Assembly (NCBI GenBank): GCA_035652235.1
Contig: DASREE010000040.1
Coordinates: forward strand, 4,917-68,916
Length of the DNA stretch: 64,000 nucleotides
Direction of reading: 5' to 3'
Source: Gaiellaceae bacterium
GTDB taxonomy: Bacteria; Actinomycetota; Thermoleophilia; Gaiellales; Gaiellaceae
Made by a program: the position numbers and the translations under genes. Shown piece after piece: positions 44,126 to 51,972 of the stretch; within the stretch, counting starts at the first letter, position 1, and each line of letters opens with the position of its first letter. The notes under the pieces were generated by a model. The model had not been told where the DNA came from, did not search any database, and was given only the letters and a program-made list of their open reading frames with translations.

Positions 44126-45568
44126 CTACGGCAGCTTGCTGATGACCTTGGACGTGATCACGCCGTTGACGACGGCCCGCTCCTTGCCGGCCCACGGCAG
44201 GGACCGCTTCTTGCACGGCGGGAACGTGCGCCCCGGAGGAGGCGTGCTCGAGCTGAACGTGCCGCCGAACGTCTGGTCGACCTTCGGCACGTACGCGATC
44301 GTGCGGATGTTCAGCTTGCCGTTGTCCAGGTAGAGCTGCTGGACGAACTGATCCTGGATCGCGTTGCGGTTCTTGTCGAGGCTGATCGTCCCGTAGCCCG
44401 CGTGGAGCACGACCTTGGACAGCGCCTTCCACAGCGGCTTCGGGGACGGGTCGCCCTTCGTCTGCCTGAGCGCGATCGTCAGCGCCCAGGCCGCGTTGAA
44501 GTAGTTGTACAGGAAGCCGTCCGCGGCACCAGACGCAGTCGAGCCGGGGAACGGCGGGTCCTTCTTGTACCACCTGTCGACGATGGCGGCGTACTTCTTG
44601 GCGGCAGCCGTCTTCAGGTCACCGGCCGTTCCGAAGCCGCCGACCAGCGCGTTCGCCACGCGCGTGCCGAGGGCCTGGAAGCTGCCGGGGACACCCCAGA
44701 ACAGGTTCCCGGCGAACTGCTTGCCGTCGAGCGGCCCGTACGCCTGCTCGAACGCCTTCAGCGACGGGATCAGGCCGGAGCCGCCGACCGCCCAGAAGTA
44801 GCCGTCGACCTGACTCGGCGGCGGCAGCTGACGCACGAACGACGAGTAGTCGGTCGTGTTCAGCGGCGGGAACGACCGCGCCGTGATCTTGCCGCCCACG
44901 GCGCAGAACTCCGCGATGAACCCGGCTGCGGAGGTCCAGGCGAAGCTGTAGTCGTCCATGATCGCGGCCGCCTTCCGCCAGTGCTCGAGGCGGTAGGCGA
45001 TGTCGGCCGTGCCCGCGTTCCACTGCGCGCCGTCCCCGTTGAAGCGGAAGAAGTTGGGCGCCCTGACCTTCAGCGTCGTGTCCTGCGCGCCCGCCGTGCC
45101 GTTGATGAACGTCCACTGCGGGTGCGCCTTCGCGTAGTTGGCGACGGCGATCGACTCGTCGCCGGACAGCGGTCCGATGAGCACGTTCGCGTGCAGCTGC
45201 TCCATCAGCCGCCGCGTCTCCTTGATCGCCGTGTCCGCCCGGTCGTTCCCGCACCCGTAGCCGACCACCGACACCGGGTGGCCGTCCAGGTTGCCGGTCG
45301 TCATGCCGGCCGAACCCTTGTTCGGGTCCTTCGGCTTCATGCCGGGGATGTACTGCGCGAGCGCCGCCTGGGCACCCTCGATGTCGCGCTCGTACCAGGC
45401 TCCGAACGCCCCCTGGCAGTCGGTCAGGATCCCGATCCTGACGGGCGTGGCGGCGCCGCTTCTCCCGACGGCCGTCGTCGCCACGATCCCCGCCGCAGCG
45501 GCTGCGACGGCGAGCGACGTGCCGGCCCGCAGCCAGAAGCGCTTGCCGCGCTTCTTGAGATAGTCCAT
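44126..45568 (-). CDS. ABC transporter substrate-binding protein (type I periplasmic binding fold, LivJ-like) with a long C-terminal tail
   Basis: ORF 44126..45661 trimmed to ATG 45568, preceded by Shine-Dalgarno 'gagggaggg'. 'VRIGILTDCQGAFG', 'IGPLSGDESIAVANYAK', 'NTTDYSSFVRQL'. About 45 extra C-terminal residues, 'TPPPGRTFPPCKKRSLPWAGK...'. Confidence 0.8.
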   Translation of the reverse strand: MDYLKKRGKRFWLRAGTSLAVAAAAAGIVATTAVGRSGAATPVRIGILTDCQGAFGAWYERDIEGAQAALAQYIPGMKPKDPNKGSAGMTTGNLDGHPVSVVGYGCGNDRADTAIKETRRLMEQLHANVLIGPLSGDESIAVANYAKAHPQWTFINGTAGAQDTTLKVRAPNFFRFNGDGAQWNAGTADIAYRLEHWRKAAAIMDDYSFAWTSAAGFIAEFCAVGGKITARSFPPLNTTDYSSFVRQLPPPSQVDGYFWAVGGSGLIPSLKAFEQAYGPLDGKQFAGNLFWGVPGSFQALGTRVANALVGGFGTAGDLKTAAAKKYAAIVDRWYKKDPPFPGSTASGAADGFLYNYFNAAWALTIALRQTKGDPSPKPLWKALSKVVLHAGYGTISLDKNRNAIQDQFVQQLYLDNGKLNIRTIAYVPKVDQTFGGTFSSSTPPPGRTFPPCKKRSLPWAGKERAVVNGVITSKVISKLP

Positions 45569-45606
45569 GCCCTCCCTCACTTTCGCTCGTGTCTTGGCAT
45601 TCCCGT

Positions 45607-45668
45607 CCGGTCGCCCGTGGCGACCGGGCGCTCTGAGCGCCGTGCACAACATGGGTCGCATCCGACCC
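45607..45668 (-). other. three consecutive stem-loops in the 166-nt livM-to-binding-protein intercistronic spacer
   Basis: Stems ccggtcgcc/ggcgaccgg (45607-45627), gcgct/agcgc (45628-45640) and gggtcg/cgaccc (45653-45668). Confidence 0.5.
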
Positions 45669-45734
45669 GGGAGAGTGCCCTCGTGACGTCCTCCTTTCCC
45701 TCGAGTGTCACCCGCCGTGGAGCGAGCCGTTCGG

Positions 45735-46784
45735 TCACCCCGCCCCTGCCTCCACGGGCGCCGCCCGGGCGCCTCGCCGCAGCTGCTCCTTGACGAAGCC
45801 CCACATCCCGATCAGGCCCCCGGGCGACACGACGATGATGGCGAGGAAGATCAGGCCGATCACGGTGTTGAACGTCCCTCCGATCCACGGCACCTCGACG
45901 TCGCGGATCTGGTTGTTGATCTCGACGAAGGCGAAGGCGCCCACGAAGGCGCCTTCGATCCTGTACAGGCCCCCGATGACGCACAGCGTGAGCAGATCGA
46001 GCACCGCCGTCAGGTTGATGGTCGCTGGGTCGATGTGCCCGTTCCACCAGACGAAGAGGACACCGGCGAGCGAGGCGAGGAACGACGAGAACGCGAACGC
46101 GAGCGTCCGGTGGAGCGACACGTTGTACCCGAGCGAGCTCATCTTCACGGGGTCGTCGCGGATCCCCTGCAGCGCGATCCCGAACGGCGTGCGCACGATG
46201 TAGCGGATGAGCGCGTACACGGCGAGCGCCACGACGAAGGACAGGTAGTAGAGACGGTTGGCGTGGTGCTGGACGTCGCCGCCGAGGAAACCCGGCGCCC
46301 GCTGGTAGATGTTGCTGATGCCGCTGAAGCCGGACAGCAGCGTCACCTGCCCGAAGAAGTAGTTGCAGAGCACGGCGAACGTGAGCGTGATCATCAGGAA
46401 GTAGATGCCGGCGCTGCGGCTCGCGAGCGCACCGAAGATCAGCCCGATCACCGTCGCGAACGTGATCCCGAGCAGGATCCCGATCCACGGGTTCCAGCCG
46501 AGGTTGAGACCCTTCGTGTTGCCGGAGGCGACGTTCGTGACGACGTTGCCGAGCACGAAGCCCGAGATGCCGAAGAGCGACACCTGCGCGAGCGACACCA
46601 TCCCCGCGTAGGCGGAGAGGAAGATCATGCTCATCGCCAGGACCGCGTACCAGAACACCTGCGTGAGCACGAAGCTGACCCAGTAGTTGCTGAAGACGAA
46701 CGGGCCCAAGGCGAGCACGACGACGACGACCAGGGCGACCGTCCGCTCGATCCGGGAGCCGAGGTCGACGCCGAGCCAGGTCAC
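45735..46784 (-). CDS. branched-chain-amino-acid-type ABC transporter permease (LivM-like)
   Basis: 3' 349 codons of ORF 45735..47852 from GTG 46784 (GTGA overlap with the livH-like stop). 'LSAYAGMVSLAQVSLFGISGF', 'LQGIRDDPVKMSSLGYNV'. Confidence 0.86.
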   Translation of the reverse strand: MTWLGVDLGSRIERTVALVVVVVLALGPFVFSNYWVSFVLTQVFWYAVLAMSMIFLSAYAGMVSLAQVSLFGISGFVLGNVVTNVASGNTKGLNLGWNPWIGILLGITFATVIGLIFGALASRSAGIYFLMITLTFAVLCNYFFGQVTLLSGFSGISNIYQRAPGFLGGDVQHHANRLYYLSFVVALAVYALIRYIVRTPFGIALQGIRDDPVKMSSLGYNVSLHRTLAFAFSSFLASLAGVLFVWWNGHIDPATINLTAVLDLLTLCVIGGLYRIEGAFVGAFAFVEINNQIRDVEVPWIGGTFNTVIGLIFLAIIVVSPGGLIGMWGFVKEQLRRGARAAPVEAGAG

Positions 46785-47896
46785 GCCGCCCTCCCGAACA
46801 GGCCGAGCGGGCGGAGCGCGAGCACGATCGCGAGCAGCGCGAAGGTGAAGATGATCGAGTACTGCGTGCAGCAGTTGTCCCCGATCGTCGGCAGATACGT
46901 CGCCGAGAAGGAGGTCACGAACCCGTACAGGATCGCGCCGACGGCCGCCCCGCCCAGCGAGCCCATGCCGCCGATGATGACGACGACGAGCGAGTTGAGC
47001 AGCCAGTTGCCGTCCACCTCGGGGGCCAGGCTCGCGAACGAGCCGCCGACGCCTCCGCCGAAGCCGGCCAGGAAGCCGCCGACGAGGAACGCCAGGGCGA
47101 AGACGAGCTGGATGTTGATCCCGAGCGCGGAGACCATCTGCCTGTCGTCGACGCCCGCCCGGATGATCATCCCGGTCCGCGTCTTGTGCAGCCACAGCCA
47201 CAGGCACAGGCCGATGACGACCGCGATCCCGAGGATCACGAGCCGGAAGACCGAGTAGTGGACCCCGAGGACGTAGCTGTAGTAGATCTTCCCGGGCGCC
47301 GAGATGTCCTCGGAGATGCCACCGAAGTGGGCGATCATCTGGTCGGCGGCGATGAACGAGATCGCGATCGTGATCAGCGCCTGCCGGAGGTCCTGGCCCT
47401 GGTTCCAGCGCAGGAGGAGCTGCTGGCCGGCGACGGCGGCGAGGCCCACGATCGCGCCGCCGATGACGAGCGTCGCAAGCCACACGCCGATCGACACCTG
47501 CGAGGGATCGATGCCGCCGCCGACGCTCGAGTTCACGGCGCCGCCCACGAACTGCTCCTCGTAGTGCAGCGCGATGTAGCCTCCGAGCAGGAAGAGCGAG
47601 CCGTGCGCCATGTTCACGACGCGCATCAGGCCGAAGATGAGCGTGAAGCCGCTCGCGACGATGAAGTAGAGGCCGGCGATGGTGAGCGCGTCGAACGTGG
47701 TCGTGAGCAGGGCGCCCGGGTTGTCCACCGCCGAGCCGACGAGCGTGCTGTTCGCCAGGAACAGGATCCAGACGGCGACGAAGACGAGGCCGCCGGCCAT
47801 GATGAAGAAGGGCAGCCGCTGGAGCAGCTCCCCGCGCGAGCGGGGCAGCCACGCCGCGAGCGCAGACGGCGCGCCGACTTCCGAGTGCACGACCAT
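46781..47896 (-). CDS. branched-chain-amino-acid-type ABC transporter permease (LivH-like)
   Basis: 'IAGLYFIVASGFTLIFGLMRVVNMAHGSLFLLGGY', 'IIRAGVDDRQMVSALGIN', 'VVIIGGMGSLGGA'. Confidence 0.86.
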   Translation of the reverse strand: MVVHSEVGAPSALAAWLPRSRGELLQRLPFFIMAGGLVFVAVWILFLANSTLVGSAVDNPGALLTTTFDALTIAGLYFIVASGFTLIFGLMRVVNMAHGSLFLLGGYIALHYEEQFVGGAVNSSVGGGIDPSQVSIGVWLATLVIGGAIVGLAAVAGQQLLLRWNQGQDLRQALITIAISFIAADQMIAHFGGISEDISAPGKIYYSYVLGVHYSVFRLVILGIAVVIGLCLWLWLHKTRTGMIIRAGVDDRQMVSALGINIQLVFALAFLVGGFLAGFGGGVGGSFASLAPEVDGNWLLNSLVVVIIGGMGSLGGAAVGAILYGFVTSFSATYLPTIGDNCCTQYSIIFTFALLAIVLALRPLGLFGRAA

Positions 47897-47898
47897 CG

Positions 47899-48372
47899 CT
47901 AGCCCCTCGTTCCGGTGTACAGCGTCGCCTCCCTCGCCTCGCCGACCTGCGGCACCTCGTCGTCGAGGCGGCCGAGCTCGGCGACGAGGTCGGGGTTGAG
48001 CGCCGACACGTCCGGCCAGTCGATCTCGACGAGGTTGCCGGCCGGGTCGCGCAGGTACATCTGCACCCAGCCGGCCGGGTGCGTGCGCACCGCCTGGTGG
48101 AAGGTCTCCCCGTCGAGCAGGCCGAGCTCCTTCGCCCTCCGGTACGCCGTCTCGAAGTCGTCCACGTCGAACCCGTAGTGGTGCGCTCGAGGCGCGCGCT
48201 CGGCGCTGCGGAACAGGTGCAGCTGCTGGTCGCCGACCCGGAACCAGATCACCTCCTCCTGGAACCTCGGCGTCGGCACACGCTCGAGCCCGAACAGCTC
48301 CTCGTAGAAGCGCGCCGAGGCCTCCAAGTCGACGGCGTGAATCGAGACGTGGTTGACCCTCGTCGCGCGCAC
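47899..48372 (-). CDS. VOC/glyoxalase-family protein
   Basis: 'VNHVSIHAVDLEASARFYEELFGLE', 'HYGFDVDD', 'YLRDPAGNLVEI'. Two nt separate it from the livH-like start. Confidence 0.8.
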   Translation of the reverse strand: MRATRVNHVSIHAVDLEASARFYEELFGLERVPTPRFQEEVIWFRVGDQQLHLFRSAERAPRAHHYGFDVDDFETAYRRAKELGLLDGETFHQAVRTHPAGWVQMYLRDPAGNLVEIDWPDVSALNPDLVAELGRLDDEVPQVGEAREATLYTGTRG

Positions 48373-48448
48373 CGGAACGATGATCTTAGGAACCTCGGGG
48401 CCGATAACGCAACGCGGTTCGGCGCTCTCATGCTAATAGCCTGTGCCT

Positions 48449-49348
48449 ATGGACCTCCGCCGCCTGTCCTCGTTCCTCGTCCTCGTCGACGAGGGCTCGT
48501 TCACGCGAGCCGCGCGCCGGCTCGGCATCACGCAGCCGTCGCTCTCCCAGCAGATCCGCACGCTCGAGGCCGAGGTCGGCGGTCCGCTCGTCGAGCGGCT
48601 GGCCAAGGGGATCCGCCTGACGGCCGCGGGGAAGGCGCTGCTGCCAGAGGCGCGGGCGGCGGTGCGGGCGGCGGAGCGGGCGGGGACGGCGGCGCGCATG
48701 GCGCTCGGGCTGGAGGCAGGTGAGCTGGAGGTGGCGACCCTGCTCTCCTTCACCGTCGGCATCCTGCCGCAGGCGATCATGCGCTGGCACGCGCGCTACC
48801 CGGACATGCGCGTGCGGATGCTCGAGTACACGCACCGCGGCCTGCTCGAGGAGAGCGTGCGGGCGGGAGCCGGCGACATCGCCCTCGGGCCGAAGCCGGC
48901 GAGCTGGGACGGCGCCGCCGAGTCGCTCGGCTACGAGGAGCTGGTCGTCATCCTGCCGCACTCGGACCCGCTCGCGGGCCGGCCGACGCTGCCGCTGGCC
49001 GCACTCGCAGACCGGCTCTGGATCCTCTTCCAGCCCGGGCACGGCCTCACCGACGTCGTCGTCACCGCCTGCCGGGCAGCGGGCTTCCAGCCCCGCGTGG
49101 GCGTGCGTACGACGCAGGTCGCCGCCGCCGCCAGCCTCGCCGCCGCCGGGCTCGGCCCGGCGATCGTGCCCGACAACGTCATCTCGCCGGGGCTCGACGC
49201 GAGCGTCGTCCGGCTCGACCCACCGCTCGTCCGCGAGCTCGCCGCCTACACGAGGTCCGAGTGGTCGCCGCTCGCGGCGACCTTCCTCGAGGCCCTGCGC
49301 GAGGGGAGCTGGAAGCGGCACCCCGGCCCCGAAGCCGTCCAGCTGTGA
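48449..49348 (+). CDS. LysR-family transcriptional regulator
   Basis: ORF 48443..49348. 'MDLRRLSSFLVLVDEGSFTRAARRLGITQPSLSQQIRTLE'. ATG 48449 preferred: TAGCCT (48437-48442) lies 6 nt upstream, suggesting a leaderless start, and 'MDLRRL' is a typical LysR N-terminus. Confidence 0.88.
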   Translation: MDLRRLSSFLVLVDEGSFTRAARRLGITQPSLSQQIRTLEAEVGGPLVERLAKGIRLTAAGKALLPEARAAVRAAERAGTAARMALGLEAGELEVATLLSFTVGILPQAIMRWHARYPDMRVRMLEYTHRGLLEESVRAGAGDIALGPKPASWDGAAESLGYEELVVILPHSDPLAGRPTLPLAALADRLWILFQPGHGLTDVVVTACRAAGFQPRVGVRTTQVAAAASLAAAGLGPAIVPDNVISPGLDASVVRLDPPLVRELAAYTRSEWSPLAATFLEALREGSWKRHPGPEAVQL

Positions 49349-49432
49349 GCTGGGCCGCCGGCGCCGACCGCCGCCGCCCGATCTGGGGCAGAATGGTCGA
49401 GGAGCCGGAGTTCACGTCGAGGGGAGGATCCG

Positions 49433-50836
49433 TTGTACAAGGCGGTCATTCCGTACGAGTCGCTCGACCCGCTGGCGATCGGCGCGTCCGGCGACGAGAG
49501 CAAGGTGTCGCGGGAGACGCTCGAGCTCGAGATCGCGGAGGAGAACCTGCTCGCGGCGATCTACCCGGAGGAGCCGGACCCGGTCGCGGACGCGACGGAG
49601 GCGGCGCGCCTGGCGCTCGAGCAGCCCGTGTCGGGGCCGAGGTTCTCCGAGCTGCTCGAGTCTGCGACGCGCGTCGCGATCGTGATCGACAACCAGTTCC
49701 GCCCCACGCCGCAGTCGAAGCTCCTTCCCGCCGTCCTCGACGCCGTCGAGGCGGCTGGGAAGCCGGCGGTGATGGTGTGCGCGAACGGCAAGGTCTTCCC
49801 CATGTCCGAGTCGGACATCGAGCAGAAGATCGGCCGGGACAACCTGGCGCGTATGGAGCGGCTCGGGATCGAGTTCTTCCAGAACGACCCGCGCAACGCC
49901 GAGCTCTACACCTACGTCGGCGTCTCCTCGCGCGGCACGCCCGTCTGGCTGCACCGGGAGGTGGCGGCGTGCGACCTCAAGCTCACGATCGGGCAGGCGC
50001 AGGCGAACCACTGGGGCGCGGGCGGCGGCGGCAAGCTCATCCTCCCGGGCGTCGTCTCCGACGAGACGATCGAGTCGAACCACTGCGCCTTCGTCCCGTC
50101 GCCGCAGACGCATTACGGCGCCTACGCCGGGCCGATGCGGTCGGACATCGACGAGGTGGCGACGATGTGCGGGCTCACCTGCACGCTCAACGTCATCCTC
50201 GACACGCACGGGCGGGTCGTCGAGGCGCTGTTCGGCTCGCACCCCGAGGCGCACCGCCGCGCGATCGAGCGCTTCAACGCCATCTACGCGTACGAGCACC
50301 CCGGCGACCGCGCGGACATCGCCGTGTGCGGGGTGTTCGCGCCCACCGACCACCTGTTCTTCCACACCGGCTGGGGCTGCATGTCGGCCGACTTCGTGCT
50401 CCGCGACGGCGGCACGATCATCTACTGCTCACCCTCGCCGGGCGTGTCGACCGCGGTGGGCGACTTCCCCGGCCTGGCGCTCATGGACCTGATGAAGCCG
50501 TACATGCCGCCCACGCCGGAGAACTACGAGCGCGTCCTCAAGGACATCCACGCCCGCGCCATCCAGATGTGGGCGGGCTGTATCTGGGTGCCGATCTACG
50601 AGGTGATGACCCGCAAACACCTGACCATGGTCACGCTCGAGGAGAACCTGGAGATGGCGGCGGACATCGGTATCGACGCGACCACCTCGCTCGACGAGGC
50701 GTTCGGGGCGGCGCTCGCCCGCCACGGCGAGGACGCGAAGGTGATCGTGCTCCCGTTCGCCCGCTACCAGCTGCCCCGAAACGCCGTGCGCATGCAGGCG
50801 GAGCCGCTCCGCTTCCCGCAGGAGGCCGGGGTGTAG
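49433..50836 (+). CDS. divergent LarA-like protein (nickel-pincer-cofactor racemase/epimerase superfamily, DUF2088)
   Basis: ORF 467 aa with a TTG start preceded by Shine-Dalgarno 'gaggggagga'. 'VAIVIDNQFRPTP' compares with LarA 'D-x-T-R-P'. 'ANHWGAGGGGKLILPGV' compares with LarA 'PH..AGFSGGRK.ILPG'. 'TIESNH' is also LarA-like. Confidence 0.65.
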   Translation: MYKAVIPYESLDPLAIGASGDESKVSRETLELEIAEENLLAAIYPEEPDPVADATEAARLALEQPVSGPRFSELLESATRVAIVIDNQFRPTPQSKLLPAVLDAVEAAGKPAVMVCANGKVFPMSESDIEQKIGRDNLARMERLGIEFFQNDPRNAELYTYVGVSSRGTPVWLHREVAACDLKLTIGQAQANHWGAGGGGKLILPGVVSDETIESNHCAFVPSPQTHYGAYAGPMRSDIDEVATMCGLTCTLNVILDTHGRVVEALFGSHPEAHRRAIERFNAIYAYEHPGDRADIAVCGVFAPTDHLFFHTGWGCMSADFVLRDGGTIIYCSPSPGVSTAVGDFPGLALMDLMKPYMPPTPENYERVLKDIHARAIQMWAGCIWVPIYEVMTRKHLTMVTLEENLEMAADIGIDATTSLDEAFGAALARHGEDAKVIVLPFARYQLPRNAVRMQAEPLRFPQEAGV

Positions 50837-51032
50837 GACGGTGGAGGAACGAGCCGCTCGTCAGGCGCGACGCAGGCCAAGCGGCCGGAGCGGCGCCGGC
50901 GGCGGTGGCTCGGCAGGCGCGCCGGGCGCTCGGGCCGCGGGGCGTCGGCATCGGTTCGCGAAGTCGATTCGAAATCGGCACGCATGCGCGCGGTGTGCGC
51001 CGCTAGCCTGACCGGTAGGGGTACGGGGTTCT

Positions 51033-51051
51033 CCCCCACCCTGGGTGGGGG
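51033..51051. repeat. 19-bp perfect palindrome CCCCCACCC-T-GGGTGGGGG in a 311-nt non-coding gap
   Basis: Read directly. No credible ORF covers it. Confidence 0.85.
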
Positions 51052-51147
51052 CTCGCGGTGGACTTCGCTCGCGCCGCCGCCCTCCCCCGCCTCCCTGCCC
51101 CGCCCGGGGAGGAGCGGGCAGGGCGAGCCTCGGCCTAGACTGAGCGC

Positions 51148-51462
51148 GTGACGCAGCAGGCCGTCCGGGGCCTGACCGCTCGGGCCACCTCACCCGGGGC
51201 TCCCGCGAGCCGCGAGATCCGAGGATCGACGACGATCGTCGAGCTCCTGCGCATGTTCCCGGACGGCCAGGCGGCGCGGCTGATGGCCCGGCTTTCGCTT
51301 CCGTGTGCGCACTGCGGCGGCGCCTTCCACGAGCCGCTCACGCTCGCCGCGAAGCGCCATCGACGCGACCCGCGCGCGATCATCGACGCCTTCCGGGCGC
51401 TGGCCGAGGGCGGACCGAGCGAGGAGCAGGTGCAGGCCGCCGCTCGGCGCGTCTCCGGCTGA
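51148..51462 (+). CDS. DUF1858-like small redox-disulfide domain protein
   Basis: 'TTIVELLRMFPDGQAARLMARLSLPCAHCGGAFHEPLTLAAKRHRRDPRAIIDAFRAL' (CxxC). TAGACT (51136-51141) sits 6 nt upstream of the GTG. Confidence 0.65.
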   Translation: MTQQAVRGLTARATSPGAPASREIRGSTTIVELLRMFPDGQAARLMARLSLPCAHCGGAFHEPLTLAAKRHRRDPRAIIDAFRALAEGGPSEEQVQAAARRVSG

Positions 51463-51552
51463 CCACCGACGGTTCACGTCCGCCAGCGAGGTCCTGGGCG
51501 GCGTGCGCGTAGCGTCCCTTGCGCCACGACGACGAAGAGGAAGGGAGGAACG

Positions 51553-51761
51553 GTGCGAGGCGGACGGGCAAAGGAGCTGGCGCGGCGGGTCGAGGGCGGC
51601 CGCCAAGTCTCGCTCCTCTGGACCGGGCGGACGGGCGCCTGTCGGTCGTCGTCAAGGACGCGACGGGCCGACGCGTCTCACTGCCGGCGAGGAGCGACAA
51701 CGCGCTCGACGTCTACTACCACCCGTACGCATACGGGCTGGACACCCCGGAGGCCGCCTGA
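51553..51761 (+). pseudogene. small conserved-hypothetical gene ('...HPYAY' family) interrupted by a 1-nt frame change near 51625-51630
   Basis: Strong Shine-Dalgarno 'aagggagga' before GTG 51553 gives 'RGGRAKELARRVEGGRQVSLLWTGR'. The protein-like C-terminus 'DGRLSVVVKDATGRRVSLPARSDNALDVYYHPYAYGLD' is in the -1 frame (ORF 51519..51761). Confidence 0.6.
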
Positions 51762-51827
51762 CGCGCGCGGCCCGCCGCGCATCGACGCGCCGCGCAGACG
51801 CCACCGCGGGCGGGCTAGACTCGCGCC

Positions 51828-51956
51828 GTGGCCGCGCTCTCCCTGCCGCTGCGGGCGCTGATCGAAGCGGGACACTCGCGTCTTTCGCCGCCCGCGGGGC
51901 GGACCGGCGGCCCCGGCAGCAGGTGCTGGCTCGGCCCCTGGAGCGGCCGGCGCTAG
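51828..51956 (+). CDS. possible 42-codon leaderless ORF (or gene remnant)
   Basis: TAGACT (51816-51821), 6 nt, then GTG 51828, the same arrangement as at 51136-51148. The product 'VAALSLPLRALIEAGHSRLSPPAG...' is not recognisable. Confidence 0.25.
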   Translation: MAALSLPLRALIEAGHSRLSPPAGRTGGPGSRCWLGPWSGRR

Positions 51957-51972
51957 GCGGAGGGCACGCGCG

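Noticed and set aside
48373-48442. A LysR-type T-N11-A box in the VOC/lysR divergent region.
   Set aside because: Several loose candidates exist (for example around 'ataacgcaacgcggtt'), but none has convincing dyad symmetry. Only the -10-like hexamers TAAGAT (minus strand) and TAGCCT (plus strand) are clear.
49410-49416. Isolated GTTCACG-like half-sites (49410-49416, about 51470, about 18771), considered as additional PHO boxes.
   Set aside because: They are single units without a second or third unit at 11-bp phasing, and they are not next to phosphate-related genes.
50963-50979. A hairpin 'gtcga-ttcgaaa-tcggc' resembling a tRNA T-arm (TTCGAAx loop), raising the possibility of a tRNA gene in the 311-nt gap.
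   Set aside because: The sequence that would form the 3' acceptor strand ('acgcatg') has no complementary 'catgcgt' about 65 nt upstream. I could not fold a D-arm or anticodon arm on either strand.
51519-51761. Accepting the 80-aa TTG-initiated ORF as an intact gene, or invoking programmed -1 ribosomal frameshifting.
   Set aside because: Its first ~35 residues are low-complexity ('RHDDEEEGRNGARRTGKGAGAAGRGRPP'), and the strong Shine-Dalgarno serves the other frame (GTG 51553). No slippery heptamer or downstream pseudoknot is evident, so mutation or sequencing error is more parsimonious.
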